From assembly GCA_964247055.1 (NCBI GenBank), contig OZ176054.1, positions 11,718,001 through 11,782,000 of the forward strand: a stretch of DNA of 64,000 bases, read 5' to 3'. The notes beneath the pieces were generated by a model. That model made no database searches. It worked only from the letters and a program-made list of their open reading frames with translations, and was not told the origin of the DNA. This document shows positions 40,618-55,379 of this stretch, piece after piece. This DNA is from Paragordius varius. Lineage: Eukaryota > Animalia > Nematomorpha. A program made the position numbers and the translations under genes. Each line of letters starts with the position of its first letter. Positions within the stretch are counted from its first letter, which is position 1.

Positions 40618-41677
40618 GCTATATATTTATAAAAATGAAAAATGCTGGCTTTGTGATCTGGTACAGGAAAAACGGTAGACCAATTCAAATCCAAACTTCG
40701 AAAAAATATAATCATTAATGAATGCCCCGACAATAGCTTCGCCCATTTTTTGAAATAGGCCCCCAGTTCGGGCCCACCCCGTGTGAAAAACGGTTTTTTT
40801 TGAAAACACAAGTCCACAAAAATCGTGTCTTTGAGACAATTTTCCGGAAAACGTGTTGGTCCATTCTATTTCAAATATGATTTTTATTTAGTTATTTTCG
40901 ATTGCGCCAAACATAGTCGAGTCACTTTTTTGATTTAGGCCCTCTTTTTACCCGCTCCCCCCGTAAAATCCCACCTTTTTCAAAAAACAAAGTCCACAAA
41001 AATATTTTTTTAAATCTCTTTTTCGACCAAGATATGAGACCGTAAAAATTCAATATGGATTCCACGTATTCCCTGTTAAAAGGCCAAAATTATAGCCAAG
41101 CGTTTCTTTGATAGTAGCTGCTGGGTAAGGAGCTACCCGCGAAAAACTGATTTCTCATGTAACTTTGTGATCTGTTTCCGGAAAACCGGTGGACCCATTC
41201 AAATCCAAATATCGAAAAAATATAATCATTAATGAATGCCCCGACAATAGCTTCGCCCTTTTTTGGAATTAGGTCCCCAGTTCGGGCCCACCCCGTGTGA
41301 AAAATGGGTTAAGTCAATTTTTTGGAGAAAGTGTTGGACCATTCAGTTTCAAATATGATTTTTGTTTACTTATTTTTGATCGCGCTGAACATAGTCGACT
41401 CACTTTTTTGATTTAGGCCCTCTTTTTACCCGCTCCCCCTGTAAAATGCCATTTTTTCAAAAAACAAAGTCCACAAAAATAATTTTTTAAATCTATTTTT
41501 CCCCCAAGTAAACAATAAATTAGTATGAATGCTTTAAAATTCCTATGAGATCATAGATATTAAATAATTTTTCGAAATAATCCACATATGTAGATCATTT
41601 TATTGTCCCTTTTCCAAACCCCCCCAGAAGTCCGAAGGACTTCCTCGGGCTGCGTAGCAGCACGAGATTTACGCTAG
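40618..41677 (+). mobile_element. Non-autonomous Helitron with internal duplication
   Basis: 5' (G/T)CTATATATTTATAAAAATG; 3' hairpin CGGGCTGCGTAGCAGCACG followed by CTAG-T; two internal copies of a ~350-bp unit. Confidence 0.8.
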
Positions 41678-44600
41678 TATTTAATAAATTATCAGAATTT
41701 TATAATACCTTTATTTTAAGATATTTAGAAAAAATACTCATAGCTCTCAATTACAATATAAATGTATTTCAAGGTATCCAACAAAACACGTAATTTGGGC
41801 AAAAATATTTTTTAAATCGTGGTGAAATTCAAAACATAACAAACCACATTTTAATTTTTAATTTACCTTCCGCGTGTTCAACACCCATGCGAAAAAAGCA
41901 ATGGTTTTCAAAAGGAGGGCGCGAAAAATTTGGAGAATATAATTAAAAACAAAACTAGAAACAAAGATTTTCAGGTGGACAAGATTTGTCACCGATATGG
42001 GAAAAAATATTTCAAAAAATGCAGATATAAGGATCTCGTTGATTGGAATTTTTATTAAATTATAATATATTTTACATTTTTATTTTGATTTTTTTGAAAG
42101 GTGGGCGCGCAAGAATTTTTTAATTTTAATAAGGTTGGGAAGCGTAAAAGCATAAAAAATATAGTTATATTTATATAAAATCTAATCAATTTTCTTTTGT
42201 TTTTAACGGTTTGATTTTGTCCTAATTAGATGTTATTGAAAGTAAAATAGCAAAGACACAAAAGCAAATAAATCAATCAATCAGCTTTTAAATTAAAAAG
42301 ATAAAACAGTTTCTTTAAAGTAATTCGCCGCGGTTTGAGAACCAATAAATATAGATATAACTTTCATAAAATCTAATCAATTTTCTATTTTGACGGTTTA
42401 ATTTTGTCTTAAACAGGTGTGTTATCCAAAGTAAAACTTTGAAAACTAAAAAAAAATAGATTCGGGATTATCTAAATTAAACGAAATTTTTAAAATAATT
42501 TTTCAATGTATAATGTCCAAATTTTTTTTGGCCAGTGTCGATTAAAAAATTAGTCTCAATGTCCATCAATGCTTAGTCCATTTTTGATTGACAGCTGTTC
42601 CGAAAATTTTTTTTAAAAAATACGAAAAATTGGTTTTTACTAATTTTTTACAAACAGTTTTATTATATAATAAATCAATACAATTATTGATGTTGAAAAA
42701 GGTAATTATTATACAGGTGTAAGATAATTTCGATAAATCGCCAACTAGGCGTCTAGCCAGTTTCATTTCCGGTTTTGTTTGATTACTCTTTTCTAAAATG
42801 TAAATTGCAAATATATTATTTTATTATATAAATTTTTTATATATATATTTAATCAATTTTTTAAGACATAATAGCGATATATCACCAATTAGTGCCATTT
42901 TATACATGTATAATAAAAATAAAAAAAAATAGAGATGAGAATAAACAAATAATAATGTATGTGGGGGTTAACCCATAATGACTCAATATATTTAAACAAT
43001 AAGTTAAGTCATATACAGTTGGCATTAAATGAAAAATAAATAATTTGTTGACGTAATTGCAGTGGCGATGAATTCGTTTTATTTTCCATTTATTGCCGCA
43101 AATTATTAAAAAATCATAATTTATAAAATTGTTTTGACCATCACAACTAATTCCGATTAAGGTTAATTTTATACACATATATATTTTAGATCAATTTTCA
43201 TTGTCAAGGTTAAAAAATTCCTTTTTTACATTAATTTCCTTTTTTTAGTTTCTACAAATTTGTTTTGATTTTTTGAGCCTTAAAAAAGCTCTGGTAACCT
43301 CCCACATTGAAAAATAACTATAATACCCTTGTTTACAAAATGTTATGCTGTTTTAATATTCTCCAGATATCATTACATAATGTATTCATTCTTCGAAATA
43401 TATTTTTCATTTTACATAGCTTCTATTTTTAGAGAAAGAATATGTGTATCAATAAATGTAGAAATATACATAACTAGGTCAATCATGTTAAAAAAATAAC
43501 TTAAACACAATACTACGTTTCCTGTTTATGGGAGCAAATAAAATTCATTTTGGCGATTTTACAATTTTTCCATGTGCTTATTGAGTTAAATAGCGTTTTA
43601 TTTTGACTTTCATCCAATTCAAACATTACATTGTGCTTTTTCATTATATTTACTAATAAATTTGGGTTAAATGCGATTTTTATCCTATACACAAGTCTAA
43701 ATTTATTGATTTTTTTTATTTTAGCCTAGTCACACCACTCCTATTGCTTTTTTTGCTTATGAAAAATATCACATATTAAAATTGTAGAGTTAAAGGTCAA
43801 AAACTACGTTTTTATTTTACATGGAATGTTAGTGATCTAAAAATAATTTGATAATTCAATTCTTAAAAGTATGAATAAGCTAAATACATATAATCGATTC
43901 TTAAAATTTAAGGGATAATAATAATAATACATATTAAAATAGGCGCTAGGCTAACATTGCAAAAATAAGATTTTTTGTCTGTTGTTATATATTAGTCATC
44001 AAATTTCGCAAAAACGTATATTGTACTAAGCAGCCCCCCTATTTCTCATTTACTATGTTAAATTAAAAAAAAATCATAAATACCCTTTCTTCCTTTATTT
44101 ATTTATTTATTTTTTTACATATATAAAGGAAACGTCCAAAATATTTACACTATCCCCCTCTGACTTAGTTAATGTATAGAAAAATCATCATATAAACAAT
44201 GTTTACATTTTGTATATGAAGTAAATGAATTTTTGGAAAACTTAACTTATACATTTACATTACATTTTTTTGCCCCCTTGCCTTTTCTCTATTACTACTA
44301 AGAGAAGGCCTTATATCATAATTAACACATATATCTCTCTCCAAATTTTCCCTTGCTTTAAAAAATTTTTTTTTTACTAATATTGTACATCCGTTTAGTA
44401 TATATGAAAACAATTTTATTTTATTTTTGCTAATGATAATATCCCTCCCTTCCCCCTTTCATTTTCTTTCTAATTTTTTGGATATTTATTATTCGATTTT
44501 TTACTTTTTTTATTTTTTTTTCGATTTTCAGCTAAAACATTTACGAATTATTTTTTATCGATTTTATTTCCATAAATAATTTTCTCACATTTCCGTTTTT

Positions 44601-47075
44601 ATTATTTTTATTTCAAAATTTTTTTGCACCTGAAATAATTTAACATTATGTATGATAAGTAGGTCAAGGTAGGTCCTTGACAATGAACTTATTTTATTTT
44701 TTCCAGAAGTATATTTCTGACTTATTCAATCTACTAGAAAACATTTAATATATTCAAATTTGGATGGATACTGTGATCAATTCGAAATTTAGCATTGTCG
44801 TAACGGGCTGTATATAGATGGAATTTCCTATTGAGAGATATGTTATATGTTTTAATCATTCAAATATTTTTTGCAATTTCATTTATCAAACTTAACTTTT
44901 ATATATATAAGATAACTTAGTTTAAAACAAATTTTTGTTTTTTGCATGTTTTTTAATAGTTTTAAACAGGCTTTGTTTGGTAAAAAAATTGCAAAAAATA
45001 TTTTTTGAATGTTTGACGACATTGTATATCATATTTTCTCATGACTCAAAAAGCTCTAATACTGCCACGTTACGATACTGATAAATTTTTCTGATTCTTC
45101 AAAAAATTACTGAAAAAAATTGATATTGTAGCAAAAATATTTTGATTTTATCAAAATTTTTATTAAGCATTCTCCCTCTATAATGTAAAATATGCCATAT
45201 ATTCAGGGGGTTATTCCCCTTCGCTTTGTTTAATATTATGATAATATTTGCCCTTTTTACGACACACTAAACTAATTTTTTTTTCTCTAATGATAATATT
45301 TTTTGTATCTTTTTACTGTGCACACATCTGTTAATGTTATAATTTTATGTTAATATTTGAATATTTTTTTCTTGTTTTTAACATATAAAACTTTTCTGGG
45401 GTGGGGGGGGGTAGCTTTTAATTTTAAGGCAAAAATTTCCTGAAGGCAAAATGAGATATATGTATACATGTTTGAGAATTTTAGGAATTTTTGAAAGTCA
45501 TGATTTGCATATTTCTCGCATATAAATACATTACAACAAATTTTTTTTTCAATACTAAATATAGGTGCTTTACCTGGAAAATGTGCTAGCTATCACAAAA
45601 AAATATGCAAATTGCATGTTAATTTTTATACTGTTGTTTATTCTAAAATGAAAAAATATTTTTTTGATATTCATGTTTCATATAAATTATTTTATTATAA
45701 TTATTTTTAATAGCATAAAATGAAAAATAATACATAGATTTAGCTTTATGATTGAAAATAACATGTTTAATAATTGAGTTAACAAATTTTTTATATGTGA
45801 ATATACATAGGATGCACATTTATATTGGTCAATTAACATTATTTTTGGACAATTGCGAATACAGTAGGGTATGGGAAACAAACAGCAAATGGTTGAAATT
45901 AATCATTGTTTCCTATCTAACAACATTAAATGTATTAATTTTATAATGGACGAAATTTATATTATACCATAAGCAACACTATTTATTACTAAATAGCTAA
46001 CTATAATAATTAAAGGTGTGTTACAAAATTCATATATTAATCCATAATTAACAATGTCTAATGTTAAGGTAACAATATCCAGTATAGATATATAATCAAT
46101 TAGGTTGGATTTAACATCTAAATATAAGATTCAATATAACGCAATGGTTTAAATATTTTTGAAATCTAAAAGTCATTCGAATTTTTTATTTACTAAATGG
46201 TTCTGAAAACTGTTGTAAAATTTTTTAATATCGAATAGTGTTATCTTATTTTGTTAAAAGAACAAGCATTATTAACAGGATTAACATATAATATTGTGAA
46301 CACTTTATGACTTTTTGGGGTAGTTTTATACACCAGGTCCAATTAGAATTTAAATACCTTAAAAAATATTTTTAGCCTTAAGCCAAAAAACTTCTTAGCC
46401 GTTATTTTTTTCTTTATATTTTAAAAATTATGCATACAACAGGCAATGTAATTATGCATATAAAAAATAAACTTTAAAAAGCTTTCAGATAGCAATTTAT
46501 CAGCAATTTAAAATAACTACTATAAGATGTTTACAATTGTGTTTTGGAGATATCTTAATTTGGGATTTTAATTGCAAAAATTCCAAATTTTTTTTATCTA
46601 ATAGAGGATGAAAGGGTTATAACATTTAAACCAAAACAGCTATCACAACAGTAGTTGTTTACTTATTACATTTAACTCTGGGGTAGAAAACTACCCCAAA
46701 ATTTCGCGTACAAAAAAAATCATCTTTATGACATAAACTTAATTGATATAGGATGACAAAAGAAGGTATTGATTATATGAGTTTATTTTAGAAGTGCCTA
46801 ACACATTTCGCAGGCACGGGTTTTTGAAATATATGGAATTTTTGCATTTCGAGAACATATAAAACTGAATTACGTTTACAATAAAAATTAATTATTTCAC
46901 CAATTTTTGTTAGTTCATTGTCAAAACTTGTTCAAAAATTATGTAAACAATACCAAAATAGCAATATATTTTTGTTAAAAAAGTAATTTCTATTTATTTT
47001 AATTATTTCTCAAATTGTGGGCCGCCGTACAAAATATCTCGCAGAGGCGCATATTGGACACCCTAGTATCTATAC

Positions 47076-50000
47076 CAGGGGTGTCCAACAGGGTACTCGC
47101 GAGCCACTAGTGGCTCATTGAAAATTTTTAGTGGCTCTTTGAAAATTTTGAATTTTTTTTCCAAGTGGCGAAAAAATTTGAGGTGCGGATTTAGTACAAT
47201 TCTACATTTTTTTTAATTTTTTGTATGCGTTTAAAAAGATAAAGAAAGCATGTATTTAAATTTAGACCAAAGCTAAAAATTATTTTAAAATATTTACATT
47301 TTGTATGACTTTTAAGGTAAAATTACACTAAAAGATTATGAAATGCGAATATAAAAGATATTACTCATATGTAGGAATCATTGCATTAAATAATAAGATG
47401 AAAATTTGGAATATTATTATTTAGTAAAGAAGTTTATTTAAAATGTGTATAGTTATAATAATATATTTTAAATTTTACAATTTCGATGAAGGGTCATTGG
47501 TGTTAATAATGTAAAAGGGAAATTTTGCCTTATTTTTAGTTAAATAAAATGCGAGATTTATTCAATCCTATTCATTTAAAATCTTAGTTAATGTTAAATC
47601 AAAAATGGTTTATTTAAAAGTCGGTGCATATCAAATGCTATGTTACAGTTTTAAAACTTCTTCCATAGTAAACATTTAGTAGACAAGAATTCATGGGGTT
47701 ATTTTTTATCAATACTATAGATGAGGTCTCCTCTTCATATCCTATTGTGTTTCGAATTTATGTCCGTATAAAAAAAATTGCCCGTATAAAAAAATTTGTC
47801 CGTATAAAAAAATTTTGTCCGTTATTTGTCCGTATTTTGTCCGCAAATTAAAAATTTTAATCTTTTGATTTTAACACTATGTCTTATAAAAAAATTATGT
47901 CTGTTAGTTTAAAAATTCGTCCGGATAATTACATATTTTACTGTATATTTTGGGTCCATTGGAACACTAAATTTTTTGTAAAAAATAAATATTTAAAATT
48001 ATTTAGCTTTCATACCAATACTGGCAATTATAATTTGGGTCCATTAAAGATTAAATTACTTGAAAAAAATAGGTATTTAAAATAATTTACACTAGACAAC
48101 AAATTTTTCTGCCACTCGAGTTTTTTGCATTTTCTAATATTTAGTATCATTTTAACAGTTCTGAAATAAAAATTATAACTCCACGTAAGAATTTTGTATA
48201 ATTTGATTTTGATTATGCGCCCTCTTTATCCAAATTTTGCTAAAAAATGTTTTTCTTAGAAAATATACAAGTAATGCCCATTTGTAATATATCATTCGAA
48301 AGAGTATTAAAAACTCTATAAAATGCATACTAATATGTATTACATTGACAGTTAATATTGGATACAGAGAGCGACAAACCCGCGAAGCGAGAGCAATTTT
48401 TTTAATTAATATATTTTTAAATTAATGGATGAAAATAGCTCAAACTTTGTAGATGGTGATGAATGTCCAAAAAAGATAACACAAAAAGTTTTTTTGATTA
48501 AAACATTTTTTATTGCTTTTATGCCACTCAAAACAGCCATTTTTAAGTTTTTTGTTTTTTAAAAATTACCATCTCATCAATTGATTTATTTTCTTTACGA
48601 GGCCGATAATTTCGAAATTTTAAAGATAAAAACAAAGTTTAAGGTATTTTTGATCTTTTATAGCCATTATGTAAAAAATTTACAGTTATAAATATGCATT
48701 TTCGTATCCACTAGGTAAAATATTTATGATAATAATAATTTTTATTAAAAAAGCAAACCAAAATACGGATGACGATATAAACCCAAATAACTTTTACATA
48801 AGATTGTTTTAGATGACTAACTACCATTCGAAAGATACTTCGCGCTCTTTCGAATCATATATAATACATAGCACTATATCTAAAACTGTTAATTTTAAAA
48901 ATTTCGAGTTTAATGTAAAATCGGGGGCAAAAATTTTCCATAAACCCTAATAAAAAAATCCTTACGTGTTAGACCTATTTTTTTTCAGTTATATTATTTA
49001 TATATTTTAATAAAATAATTTTAAATTTATAAAAAAAATTAAAATTTGTTGTCTAGAAGCTTTCATACCAAAAGGGAATTAAATTGGCTCCATTGAAACA
49101 TCTTGTTACTTGCAAAAAATAGGTATTTAAATAATTTATTGAGCTATATGCATAAATCTCAAAAAGTAAATAGAAAATACAATCCCGACTGGGAATTAAA
49201 ATATGGGTTTACTCAAATTTTCAACAAAGCGGAGTGCTTTATTTGCAAATTTACGACAAACGGGTTTCGCGAATATAATTTAAAAAGACATGCCAATACC
49301 ATGCATTTGGATTTTATTAATATGACTACAGAAATGAAAATAATAAAATTAGAATCTTAAAAAATATTAATAATCTCCAACCAATAATTTCATTCACGCA
49401 ACCTTATCCGATAGTATAGAGGAGTTATATTGTTGCCAATTTACTCGCCAAAAAATGAAGCCTTATTCTGTTGATGAGTTTGTAAAGGGATGCGTACTGG
49501 AAATTATTAAATGTATTTAGCCTAATAAAGTTGAATTAATATCCAGTATAAATCTTTCGCGCAATACTATGTGTCGACGAATTACAGACATCGAGGAAGA
49601 AATTCAACTTTCCCTAAAAGAAAGACTTCAAAATTTTGTGGCGTTTTCCTTGTCATTTGATGAAAGCACAGATATAAGCAACATATCACAATTGGTAGTC
49701 TTTATTCGAGGGATAGATGAATTTTTTTATATAACAGAAGATATGTTAGGCTTACTTCCGATGAAAAATACAACTAAGGGAGATGATATGTTTCATGCAT
49801 TTTTAAAATGTATTGAGGACAATAAATTAAAGATGAGGGCGCTATCTTGTTTGACAACAGATGGTGCCCCAGCTATGATTGGAAAAAACAAGGGGTGAAA
49901 TTATTGTTAATCCGATGGTATTAATATTGACCATATATATAATGCATTGCATGTTTCACCGTGAAAATCTCTGCGCACATGCTCTAATGGACAATGTTAT

Positions 50001-51242
50001 GACTGTTGTTATTAAAGTAGTTAATTTTATAAAATCTCATGATTTGAAACATAGGCAGTTAGAGTTATTAAAAGAAATTCAATCAGAATATGGATATTTT
50101 ATATTTTATTCAAATGTAAGGTGGATTAGTCCGGGGAAATGTTTAAAAAGGTTTTATTATTTATTAAAAGAAATAAATATTTATCTATTGCAGAATAATT
50201 ATTTGGTAGAGGAATTAACCAATGAAGATTGGTTGTCAGATTTATGCTTTTCCGTAGATATTACAGAAAAACTAAATCAATTAAATGAATCCTTGCAAAA
50301 GCAAGATATTTTAATTGTTGATGCGAATAACCATATTAAAGCGTTTTGAAAAAAATTGACGTTATTTTTTATGCCATTAAAAAAAATAATGCCGAACATT
50401 TTCCAGAATTGAATAGATTTAAAGCTGGTAAAACTAACGATTTTCAAAATATGCAGATCAAATTAACATATTATCAAAAGCTTTTTATAATCGATACGGG
50501 GATATGACAAAATATGAAAAAATATTTGATTTATTTTGTTGTCCATTCTAAGTTGAAGCTATCAACGCTCCTATTAATTTACAAATGGAATTACTAGATT
50601 TGCCAATAATGAATTAAAATTATTATTTGGGCAAACAAATAAAATTGAATTTTATAAAAAAATATATAACGTTTGATAAATTTACTAATTTAAGAATTTT
50701 TGCACAAAGATTAATTTGTGCTTTTGGGTGCACTTATCTTTGTGAAAGTTTTTTTTTAAAATGAAATACACAAAATCTCTTTCACGTTCTTTATTAACTG
50801 ATGAAAACTTGGAGAATGAATTGAGATGTGCTGTATCAAATATTGATATATATCTGAATAAATAAAGCAAAAAATCACAAAACAAATATCCCATTAAAAA
50901 TTTATTTATGCAATGCAAAATATTTCTTTTATTTTTATTGGATAAAAAAAGGTTACATTTTGGATTAAATTCGCCACAGTCTACTCTAGTCATACTATCG
51001 AATTGCAATAAGTTTACCATATCCATGTATTATCTTTTTAACATTGATATAATTTAAATAGCAAAGCATTATTATACTTATACTGTTTATTTTCTTTTTA
51101 ATATGAAAATTAGCACATATATATGTTAATATAATAAATTTATTTGTTACCAATCTCTTGATATATATAAATAAAAAGTGGCTCTTTGGAATTTTGAGGT
51201 CGAAAAGGTGGCTCTTCAAGCCATTTGTGTTGGATACCCCTG
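47076..51242 (+). mobile_element. hAT element (Buster/Charlie-type, GTF2IRD2-like transposase), 4167 bp
   Basis: TIRs CAGGGGTGTCCAAC / GTTGGATACCCCTG; exact 8-bp TSD ATCTATAC at 47068-47075 and 51243-51250. Confidence 0.95.
49148..50835 (+). pseudogene. Frameshifted hAT transposase
   Basis: CFICK..NLKRH BED-like region, FSLSFDESTDISNISQLVVFIR, TTDGAPAMIG, HCMFHRENLC, VRWIS, WLSDLCF; several stops and frameshifts. Confidence 0.92.
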
Positions 51243-51997
51243 ATCTATACCAACGTATATTGATTTGAATGTATCATATATATTTCGCTATGATTTTTTT
51301 TCATCGAACCCATTTTTTCGAAATGGATCAAAAAAGAAATTAAGATAAACATTGAAAAAAATTAAATTAAAGAACGGTTTTTTTGGCAATCAGTAATTCC
51401 ATTGCATTGCAAAAATTGTTCAACCGTGTTTTTAAATAGCGCCCGTTTTAAAACGCTTACTAAACTGCAACCGATTTTACGCCTAAGAAATTATGTAAAA
51501 ATTAGTTAGATAAAATAATTAATAATACATAAGATACATTTTATAGTCTCATATTTCTTAATTCTAAAGAGTAGGGAATTAAATTGGATTGCCTTAAAAA
51601 TCAAACACTCACCAACCCAGAGCTGACAATATGGAATATTTTTGGTTACGGGGTTTAAAATCTCATAATGATCAGATGCCTTAAAAACTCTACCATTGAG
51701 CCTGGTAAAATTTGATAAAAATCCAGTAAAATTGAAATTATAAATGCGCCAAAATATAAGACAAATTTTTTGTTCAAGTTCAACCTTGAATTAATTTATC
51801 ATAAATTTTTATATTGTATTACAAATCTAACCATAAACGTTATGCGCAATGAGTAAAGTGACCAGATTTTTTGAAGAAAAAAGCGGGACAAATCTGAGAA
51901 AGGGGAACATGGAGGATCTGCCAAAAATTTTTATACAAAAATTTATTGTAATATTTATTTATTTTTAACACAAATACATTATAAATATTTATAAATA

Positions 51998-52418
51998 CTA
52001 GCGTAAATCTCGTGCTGCTACACAGCCCGAGGAAGTCCTTCGGACTTCTGGGGGGTGTAAAAATGGCATTTTACGGGGGGAGCGGGTAAAAAAGAGGGAC
52101 TAAATTAAAAAAGCGAGGCGACTATGTTCGGCGCAAACGAAAATCAGTAAACAAAATTTTATTTGAAATTGAATGATCCAACACGTTCACCGCAAAATTG
52201 TCTCTAAGACACGATTTTTGTAAACTTCTGCTTTCAAAAAAAACCGTTTCCTACACGGGGTGGGCCCTAACTCAGGGCCATTTTCAAGAAAGGGTGAAGC
52301 TATTGCCGGGACATTTATTAATGATTATATTTTTTCGATATTTGGATTTGATTGGGTCTACCGGTTTTCCGGTACCAGATCACAAAGCCAACACTTTCCA
52401 TTTTTATAAATATATAGA
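51998..52418 (-). mobile_element. Non-autonomous Helitron, 421 bp
   Basis: On the minus strand A-TCTATATATTTATAAAAATG ... subterminal hairpin ... CTAG-T: canonical termini, AT target, no TSD. Confidence 0.88.
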
Positions 52419-52494
52419 TTTTATTTTTTGGTATATTTTTTTATTTGAGGGAATGCGTTTTAGCAGATTGTCATCCTTTTTTAAAATATAAGTC

Positions 52495-54248
52495 TTAACA
52501 AGTATTTGTCAAATTATATTTGACAGATAAAATGGCCTTTAAAGTTTCGACATGTAAATTTGATTTTTCCGATATCCACACCTGATTTAGTGTGGAAAAA
52601 ATTCGCTCAGTAGCAGCGTTGGTTTTACGTAAAGATAGTGCCAATTCCACAATTTTTAAAATATTGTATGGAACATAGTTTGTTTCAAAACGATGAAATA
52701 TTTCTAACAATTTTTTTTCTGTATTTTTTATAGTCCATAATTTAAGTTTGTCATTATTAATATATTTTTTAACTCTTCAGAAAAAGGATCATTTTCTGAA
52801 AGATTACTTTTTGGGAATTTTTGGGAGATGCAGATGTAATCAAATGATTTTTGAACATCGCACCAATTAAATTCTGGTTTTAATGTTATCCAATGATCAT
52901 TGGATTGCACCGTCCAGTTTTCTAAATAATCTTTACAGTTTGTATAAAATATTTTTATATGGTACAGGATATCTTGGCGATTTATTAGGCTTTGTTTTTC
53001 TAAATTAATTCTAATATTGCGGATGATTAATAATATAAAATTTTTTTCTAATTTTTTTTGACATTGGAAATTTAGGTTACCAACTTCATTGGCTCTTTGA
53101 TTGCCAAAATTTTGTCACCTTCTATTAATAACATTTTGAAAGAGAGAAGCTTGATTATGTAGGAATAACTATATTTTTGAAGAATTACTTTCAAAAAACT
53201 TTTCGAAAGTTGTAGGACATTTGTCCTGTGATAAAAATTAGGATTTTAAAGGATCATACATTTTTAAAATTCTTTCAATAGCTGGCAGAAGAGCTAACCA
53301 ACGAGTTTTACAATATCCAAGCATTTTTTGATAATAAACTTCTGCATTTTCACAGAATTCCCTTAAGCGTTTCAACGCGTACCGTGTATATATAAAAATA
53401 GGAATGTATTTTAACAACTACATTTTCCATATCTAGGGATATCAAATCAGCAGCTGTTTGAATAGCGTTGTGTAATATATGTGCACACAGCGCCAATAAA
53501 GTTTTGATTAAAATTATCTGCTAATTTATGAAAAATATTTTTTGTTCCCCTCCTTGCTTTTCCACCGAAATTCGTATTGGTTTTGTCAGCGCAATATGCG
53601 ATGATTTTGTTTTTTAAATTATTTTTTTCTAGAATATTTATTATTGAAGTAAAAATTATGTCGGAATTTTCACCGAGAAAAATAAAACTAAAATTTTAAT
53701 TTTTACTCCGGTTTCTGGACAAAAATATCTTATTAAACTGGGAAATAATTTTGTTTCCATGTGATTTGATGCAGCAGAGTATAGCGATATGAATTTAATT
53801 TTCAACAAATCTCTTTGTATTTCAGAAAATGCATGTGGCGAAAGGACATTGCATACAATGACTTCAGTTTTTGTGCGGGCACATGTAAATTTTTTATGGA
53901 ATAACGTGCGAATAACCTGTGAGGTACAGTCCATAGATCTAAAGGAATGATTGTGATTAACGGCGTGAAAAGATAACACGCCCTCAGCTAGTGCCAAATT
54001 CTTTTCTTCCTCTCCAAAAGCGGTTTTTCGAAAAAATCGCTCATTTTGTAAGATGATGCCGCCACATCTAAACAATTTTTCTGTTTCTATGTTTTCATAT
54101 GCTTTGCAATATCATGCTTGCCGTCATTTGCTAGGGTGAATTCCCCCTCGCATAAAGAACATTTAATAAAATTATTCTTCGTTTTTTTGATAAAAGGAAA
54201 TTCTTTGATTAATTCATTGTTGAATAAATAACCTCTTTTTGTACTCAT
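52495..54248 (-). pseudogene. Disrupted hAT transposase
   Basis: CSLCEGEF..KH zinc-finger-like start, AEGVLSFHAVNHNHSFRSMDCTS, KCARTK, and dimerization-domain TNAATERIFS..W. Confidence 0.88.
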
Positions 54249-54440
54249 ATTTTTTACTAATATTAGTTTAAAAAAATATTACCTTAATTTTATGGATTAA
54301 ACATATAAGCTACCGATTTTTGGTATTAATTTGTCTTTTTGATAAGATTGGCAGGTAATATAACTAAAATATTAGTATAAAAATATATTTTATTTCCTTA
54401 ATTTTCTGAAGTTATATAAGCTACCGATTTGTGGTATTAA

Positions 54441-55012
54441 CACTTCGATTCAAATTGGGGTATCTAAATACCCCAGACTAAATTTGAGTTAGAATTTTTT
54501 AAAAACTACTGAAGGAAACGGTCCCAATTTTGTATTTATGCCTCTATCCTAATAAAAATTATATAAATATGCCAAAATATCTAAATAAAATTTTGTTTTG
54601 AAAAAAAGTTCCATGTCAAACTACTTCGACGCCATTTTTATTTTTACAAATTTTTTTAAAATTATCGTTTTTATTTAATTTTAAGGTTAAAATTAAAGCT
54701 ATTTTTTATTTAAATTTCAGCTAACATTGAAAAAAATAGAAAAAGCGGTTTGTTTTGTATTATTTTTGAATTCTACCATTGCACACATATCACGTTGACA
54801 AAATTTTACCTTTCGGTTTTTGCTTAAAATAATTGATATCAAGTATTTTTGAATTAAATTTTTTATATATTCCAGTTTCTTAATGTTATATAAGTGCAAA
54901 ATTTTGCCATGGCTTCGATTCCTTTTATATTTTTTAAAGAATTTTATTTAAAACAGGGCTGACTACCCCAATTTGAATCGAAGGACTAAAATAAATGTGT
55001 TGTATCCGAGTG
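54441..55012. mobile_element. piggyBac-like non-autonomous element, 572 bp
   Basis: TTAA-CACT...AGTG-TTAA; removing it restores the second copy of a local repeat starting near 54305. Confidence 0.88.
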
Positions 55013-55379
55013 TTAATTAGTCTTTTTGATAATGTTGGTAGTAAGAGGAAGCAAAGTGTATAATCACATGATATAAATAAAATAATAAAAATTATAATTT
55101 AAAATTAATATAGATTTTAAAGATAACTAATGACAAAAAATTTAAGCGAATAAAAAAATAAATTTTTAATAAAAAATTTAAATGTATTTAAAAAAAATTA
55201 TTTTTTATATAATCTTGAAAAAGCGGGACATTTCAAAAAGGTAGCGGGACGTGGGACAAAGTGTGAAAAAGCGGGACTGTCCCGCCAAAAGCGGGACGTC
55301 TGGTCACCTTAGCAATGAGTCGTTTAAAAAGGCATTGCTGTTTTTAAAATCATCTTTTATTTCCTACTGCATTTTAAAA

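Larger units (their letters stand above)
51854..55311 (-). mobile_element. hAT element (Blackjack-like TIRs), 3458 bp, with nested Helitron and piggyBac-like MITE
   Basis: TIRs TAAAGTGACCAGA / TCTGGTCACCTTA, subterminal GCGGGAC repeats; exact 8-bp TSD GCAATGAG at 51846-51853 and 55312-55319. Confidence 0.93.

Noticed and set aside
40614-40839. Related ORFs at 40614, 40627 and 52198
   Set aside because: They lie in the GC-richer non-coding interior of the Helitron copies, and the frames are not conserved between copies.
43020-43092. MENKTNSSPLQLRQQIIYFSFNAN resembles a WIPI/ATG18 N-terminus; nearby ORF 42566-42766
   Set aside because: No continuing in-phase exons with WD40 character could be built.
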